NCBI GenBank assembly: GCA_038087875.1
Contig: CM075995.1
Span: 3,722,001 to 3,786,000 of the forward strand
Direction of reading: 5' to 3'
DNA: 64,000 bases
Origin: Malacoraja senta
Taxonomy: Eukaryota
Shown: positions 59,799-64,000 of the stretch, in pieces
Layout: each line of letters begins with the position of its first letter
How positions within the stretch are numbered: the first letter of the stretch is position 1
The notes under the pieces: model-generated
The model's database searches: none
Told to the model about the DNA's origin: nothing
What the model saw: only the letters and a program-made list of their open reading frames with translations
Program-made: the position numbers and the translations under genes

Positions 59799-60322
59799 TA
59801 GAATGGTTCATTGTTAGTGAAGGTGACAACGAGGTATATAATCAGTAAAATGTAATCAAGAGAGTGAAACTAGTCGGAGACTTTGTATGGGGGGTGGGAC
59901 GTAGAGAGAGGGAAAAGCAAAAAGTTACTTGAAGAGAAATCAATATTCATACCGTTGGTGGACACAAAATGCTGGAGTAACTCAGCAGCATCTCAGAAGA
60001 GAAGGAATGGGTGACATTTTGGGTCGAGACCCTTCTTCAGATCATACCTTTGGGTTGTAAGCTGCCCTGGCAAAATATGAGAATGCTGGAAAAGAGTTGG
60101 GGACGGGACAAAGGCTGGTGAGAAGTAGAAGGACACAGGTGAGGGGGACATTTGGATCGTCAGATGGTTTTGGAGCAGCAGTGGAGGACACCAGCATCAT
60201 CTTCAGGCCTGGCTGACCCCATGTAACTCCAACCCTGTGCCACCACCGAGACAACAGGCCTTCACGGGCAAGTTAAGACTTTACATATTCACAAACCTGA
60301 AGGGTACAAGATGGTGTGGACC

Positions 60323-60360
60323 TGGGTCTGAAGAAGGGTCTCAACCCGAAACATCACCCA
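60323..60360 (+). ncRNA. Minimal type I hammerhead ribozyme motif (Penelope-type)
   Basis: Stem I TGGGT/ACCCA, core CTGAAGA, stem II GGGT/ACCC, GAAA, minimal stem III, cleavage triplet ATC (GTC in other copies). Confidence 0.6.
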
Positions 60361-61039
60361 TTTCTTCTCTCCAGAGATGCTGCCTGTCCCGCTGAGTTAC
60401 TCCAGCTTTTTGTGTCTCTCTTCGGTTTAAACCAGCATCTGCAGTTCCTTCCTACACATTTTGTATGGTGCATTATTAGAAGCTCTCTTAACATCCAAAT
60501 ATATCTATCTATTCCGCCCTTTATAAATTGAATTTTGACTTTATCCAAACCTATTAAATTGTTATTATTATCTGAGTGTAATCTTATCAAAATCCCCCTC
60601 ATGTAGGTATAGAATTTGAAGACTTATTGCATTCTAGAATTAAGGGAGCTAAAATGCACAGCGCTGAACATGGAAACAAGGAACAGAAAATTAATCATTA
60701 CAGTTCCTGCCAATCCAGCTTGCATGCATAATTTGTGAAAAGGACACAAAGCAAACGTTTCACTGTATACGTGACAATAAACTAAATTACTGGAGCACTC
60801 AGCATGTCAAACAGCATCTCTGGAGAACATGGATAGGTGAAGATTCTGGTCGTGGCCCTTCAGTCTGAAGAAGGGTCTCAACCCGAAACATCACCTATCC
60901 ATGTTCTCCAGAGATGCTGCCTGGCCTGCTGAGTTACACTAGCATTTTGTGTATTTATCAGCATCAGCAGTTCCTTGTTTTTTTTGGCACATGTCGGATC
61001 TCTCCGACGCGGGAGCTTCGATCGTCCCGACTGCGGATT

Positions 61040-61338
61040 AGTTTAGAGATACAGCACGTAAACAGGCCCTTTGGCTGACCCGGTCCGCGCCGACCAGCAA
61101 TCCCCGCACATTAACACCATCCAACACCCACTAGGGACAATTTTTACATTTACCAAACCAATTAACCTACAAACCTGTAGGTCTTTGGAGTGTGGGAGGA
61201 AACTAAAGATCTCGGAGAAAACCCACGCAGGTCACGGGGAGAACGTACAAACTCGGTACAGACAGCGCCCGTAGTTGGGATTGAACCCTGGTCTCGCATT
61301 CGCTGTAAGGCAGCAACTCTACCGCTGCGCCACCGTGA
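61040..61338 (-). mobile_element. tRNA-derived SINE
   Basis: Same family as 1266-1567. It is inserted into a GC-rich element (~60995-61550). Confidence 0.75.
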
Positions 61339-61871
61339 CTCTCCCGTGGGTCGTTCGACTGCCTCGAGAATAAAGAGGGAAAAAGATTAGAATTTATTCC
61401 CTTCCATCACAGTGAGGAATGTGGGGAATCCGCTGTGGTGGATGTTTGTGTTAACTTTTATGTAGTTGTGTGTCTTGTTGTTTTTTAGTATGGCTGTATG
61501 GTAAATCGAATATCACTGTACCTTAATTGGTACACGTGACAATAAAAGACCTTTGAACATTTTGTTCTTGTTCCTTATAATGATGACACTTCTTCTTTTC
61601 GTGTCCATCTTGTTACAAATGTTGCCCTCGCTGTCATCGTCCGTCCTGAAAAGGACACAAGCGTCCGGCAACAATCAGTGGAAGCTATCACTTGCTGCAA
61701 TAGATGATGGTGGTAGCAGAATTAGCTCAGGATACTTCCAGTTTCCAGTCCCATGACGAGAATGCTTCTGCTATGGGGCCATGATGACACTGTGCAGCCA
61801 GTATTAACAATGCTGTTCATCACTTTCAGCTGACCAAAGGGTACATGTACCAACTCCATGAGGGTAAGGTT

Positions 61872-62460
61872 ACATAGAAACATAGAAACATAGAAAATAG
61901 GTGCAGGAGGAGGCCATTCGGCCCTTCAGGCCAGCACCGCCATTCATTGTGATCATGGCTGATCGTCCCCTATCAATAACCCGTGCCTGCCTTCTCCCCA
62001 TATCCCTTGACTCCACTAGCCCCTAGAGCTCTATCTAACTCTCTCTCTTAAATCCACCCGTGCATTCAACTACAGAAAAAGCAGATGAACACATGGACGG
62101 GGTAAACGATTGAAGAAAGTTGGAAGTGTGAGGTCATAAGGTCAAAAGGTCATAATTGATAGGAGTAGAATTAGGCCATTCAGCCCATCACGTACACTCT
62201 ACCATTCAATCATGGCTAATCTATCTCTCCTAACCCCATTCTCCTGCCTTCTCCCCATAACCTCTGACACCTGTACTATTCAAGAATCTATCTATCTCTG
62301 CCTTAAAAATATCCACTGACTTGGCCTCCACAGCCTTCTGTGGCAAAGAATTCCATAGATTCACCACCCTCTGACTAAATAAATTTCTCCTCATCTCCTT
62401 CCTAAAAGAACGTCCTTTAAATCTGAGGCTATGACCTCTAGTCCTAGACTCTCCCACTAG
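61872..62460 (-). mobile_element. Two CR1 3' ends (61872-62055 and 62145-62460)
   Basis: CR1 3' UTRs, plus SRTRGHSLRF...LFSQRVVNLWNSLP. Confidence 0.8.
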
Positions 62461-63215
62461 GGAGAGTTCAATAATGTTTTAGCATCCTCTGTAGACTTAC
62501 AGCATTAAACTCACCCTAGTGGCTTTGCAGAGTTAGATTGCGTCCTTCCCAAAATAATAGCACTAGTACACTTGCTCAGAAAACCATCTAACAGTATCTA
62601 ATCGCTGGCATTTCAGTGCCTGTTGCAACAGAAGCAGAAACCACTTAACATCTGGCTAGGTGCAGCGGCGTAGGTACACACTTCTTCCTGCAAATCCAAG
62701 CCTGTTGAAAGTGAGTGCTGGTATTTAAAGGAATTTGCAAACAGCTCTCGACCTGTTTTTGAGGATAGTTCAGTTTTATTCAGATGGGAGCACTGGGGGG
62801 ACTGCCGTGCAGGGGGTGGGAAGAACATTGGACAATGGGAAGTGGGGGGGGGGGAGGGGAGTGAGGGGGTAGAACAATGGACAATGGGGACCCGGCATGG
62901 GGGAAACGCTGTGGGGGAAGAGGGGTTAGAGCAAAGGAGGAGCTGACGTACTTTGTAACTTTGTCAGCACAGTAGGTGACTGCAGGTTTTCATACAAAGG
63001 GTGGTGTGTGTATGGAACAAGCTGCCAGATGAATTGTTGTGGCTGGGACAATCCCAACGTTTAAGAAACAGTTAGACAGGTGCATGGATAGGACAAGTTT
63101 GGAGGGATATGTACCAAGCCCAGGCAGGTGGGACATGTAGCTGGGACATATTGGCCAGTGTGAGCAAGTTGGGCTGAAGGGCCTGTTTCCATATTGTATC
63201 ACTCTATGACTCTAT

Positions 63216-63600
63216 AGGCCCTGTCCCACTTACGTGTCCTTGGCACGCAAATTACGCGACCTCGTCGTCGCGTTGCGGCGCATGGGCATCATGTGGCTGC
63301 GCAGGGCCAGTCCCACTTAGAAGCGCAGAAGGGTATAGAGTTGTGCGCGGTATCGCGCGGCGCTCCGGGATTTTGTACCGAACGAAATCTTCGTGCGCCT
63401 CCGGCCTAACGGCCCGCGTACGCACGCAGGCGTACTGCGGTCACACGCAGGTGTCTTGACGTCGTACGCGTAGCGCGTGGCGTTGCGTGATGACGTCGCC
63501 GTGCGACGCCCAAAATCAGTCAGCCCGCCTTTTTCGCGTCAGCAATAAAAGCGCGCGCGATTTGAAAATCCTCACCACACTCACCGCGTTTCTTGCCATG
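63216..63600. mobile_element. One end of a CpG-rich Harbinger-like non-autonomous DNA transposon
   Basis: It starts AGGCCCTGTCCCACTTA, matching the TIR of the two MITEs. No second TIR was seen and the right boundary is approximate. Confidence 0.5.
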
Positions 63601-64000
63601 GAGTGAGGGCCTGTTCAGCAATGATATTTTCAGGTTATGAACATCAATTTTAACATGTAGGATTGATCTTGCTAGCTAATACCAGTACATCTGCAAGGAA
63701 CTGCCAGTTTCAACCTTTTAAAAAGCTGGAGGTCAAAGATGCATGTATTCCCTCCACGGAAATCCTAAACTCAATGTCTGATTTGGAATGCTGAATGTGG
63801 AAACAAGGAAAAAAGAGCTAGACAGGTCATCCTCAGCATTGTTTCTCCTTAAGCAAACACCATCAAAAAATGATTAACTGTTCATCCATCTCATTGCTTT
63901 CTATGTGTCGTAAGGAATTGTAGATGCTGGTTTAAAATGAAGATAGACACAAAAAGCTGGAGTAACTCAGCGGGTCAGACAGCATCTCTGGAGAAAAGGT

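Noticed and set aside
61560..61860. Possible host exon in unique sequence (also 9690-9830 and 11340-11620)
   Set aside because: No recognisable protein similarity and no consistent splice-site and frame pattern. It cannot be supported without RNA-seq or homology search.

Overview
Eukaryotic, repeat-saturated vertebrate DNA. The CR1 3' ends and tRNA-headed SINEs resemble those of cartilaginous fish (skate/ray/shark); this is an inference. I found no host exon I can support. The window is a deeply nested mosaic of mobile elements. Larger elements: a near full-length L1 inside a Rex1-like LINE inside a CR1; a Gmr1-type Gypsy (integrase before RT) with both LTRs, inside a SINE; two tandem 5'-truncated DIRS tyrosine-recombinase retrotransposons inside a non-autonomous Helitron; an inverted Vingi-like element; a Crack/L2-group LINE; a solo LTR; and Harbinger-like MITEs. 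Many CR1, SINE and Penelope-derived fragments fill the rest. The most striking signal is catalytic RNA. Three HDV-like ribozyme folds could be paired by hand. One forms the 5' part of a ~139-bp TSD-flanked, ORF-less mini-retroelement (41632-41770). The others lie at the 5' end of the Vingi-like element and at the 5' end of a non-autonomous RTE, where a solo LTR splits the fold. Many Penelope-type minimal hammerhead cores are also present. All folds, alignments and counts were done by eye and need computational and experimental confirmation.
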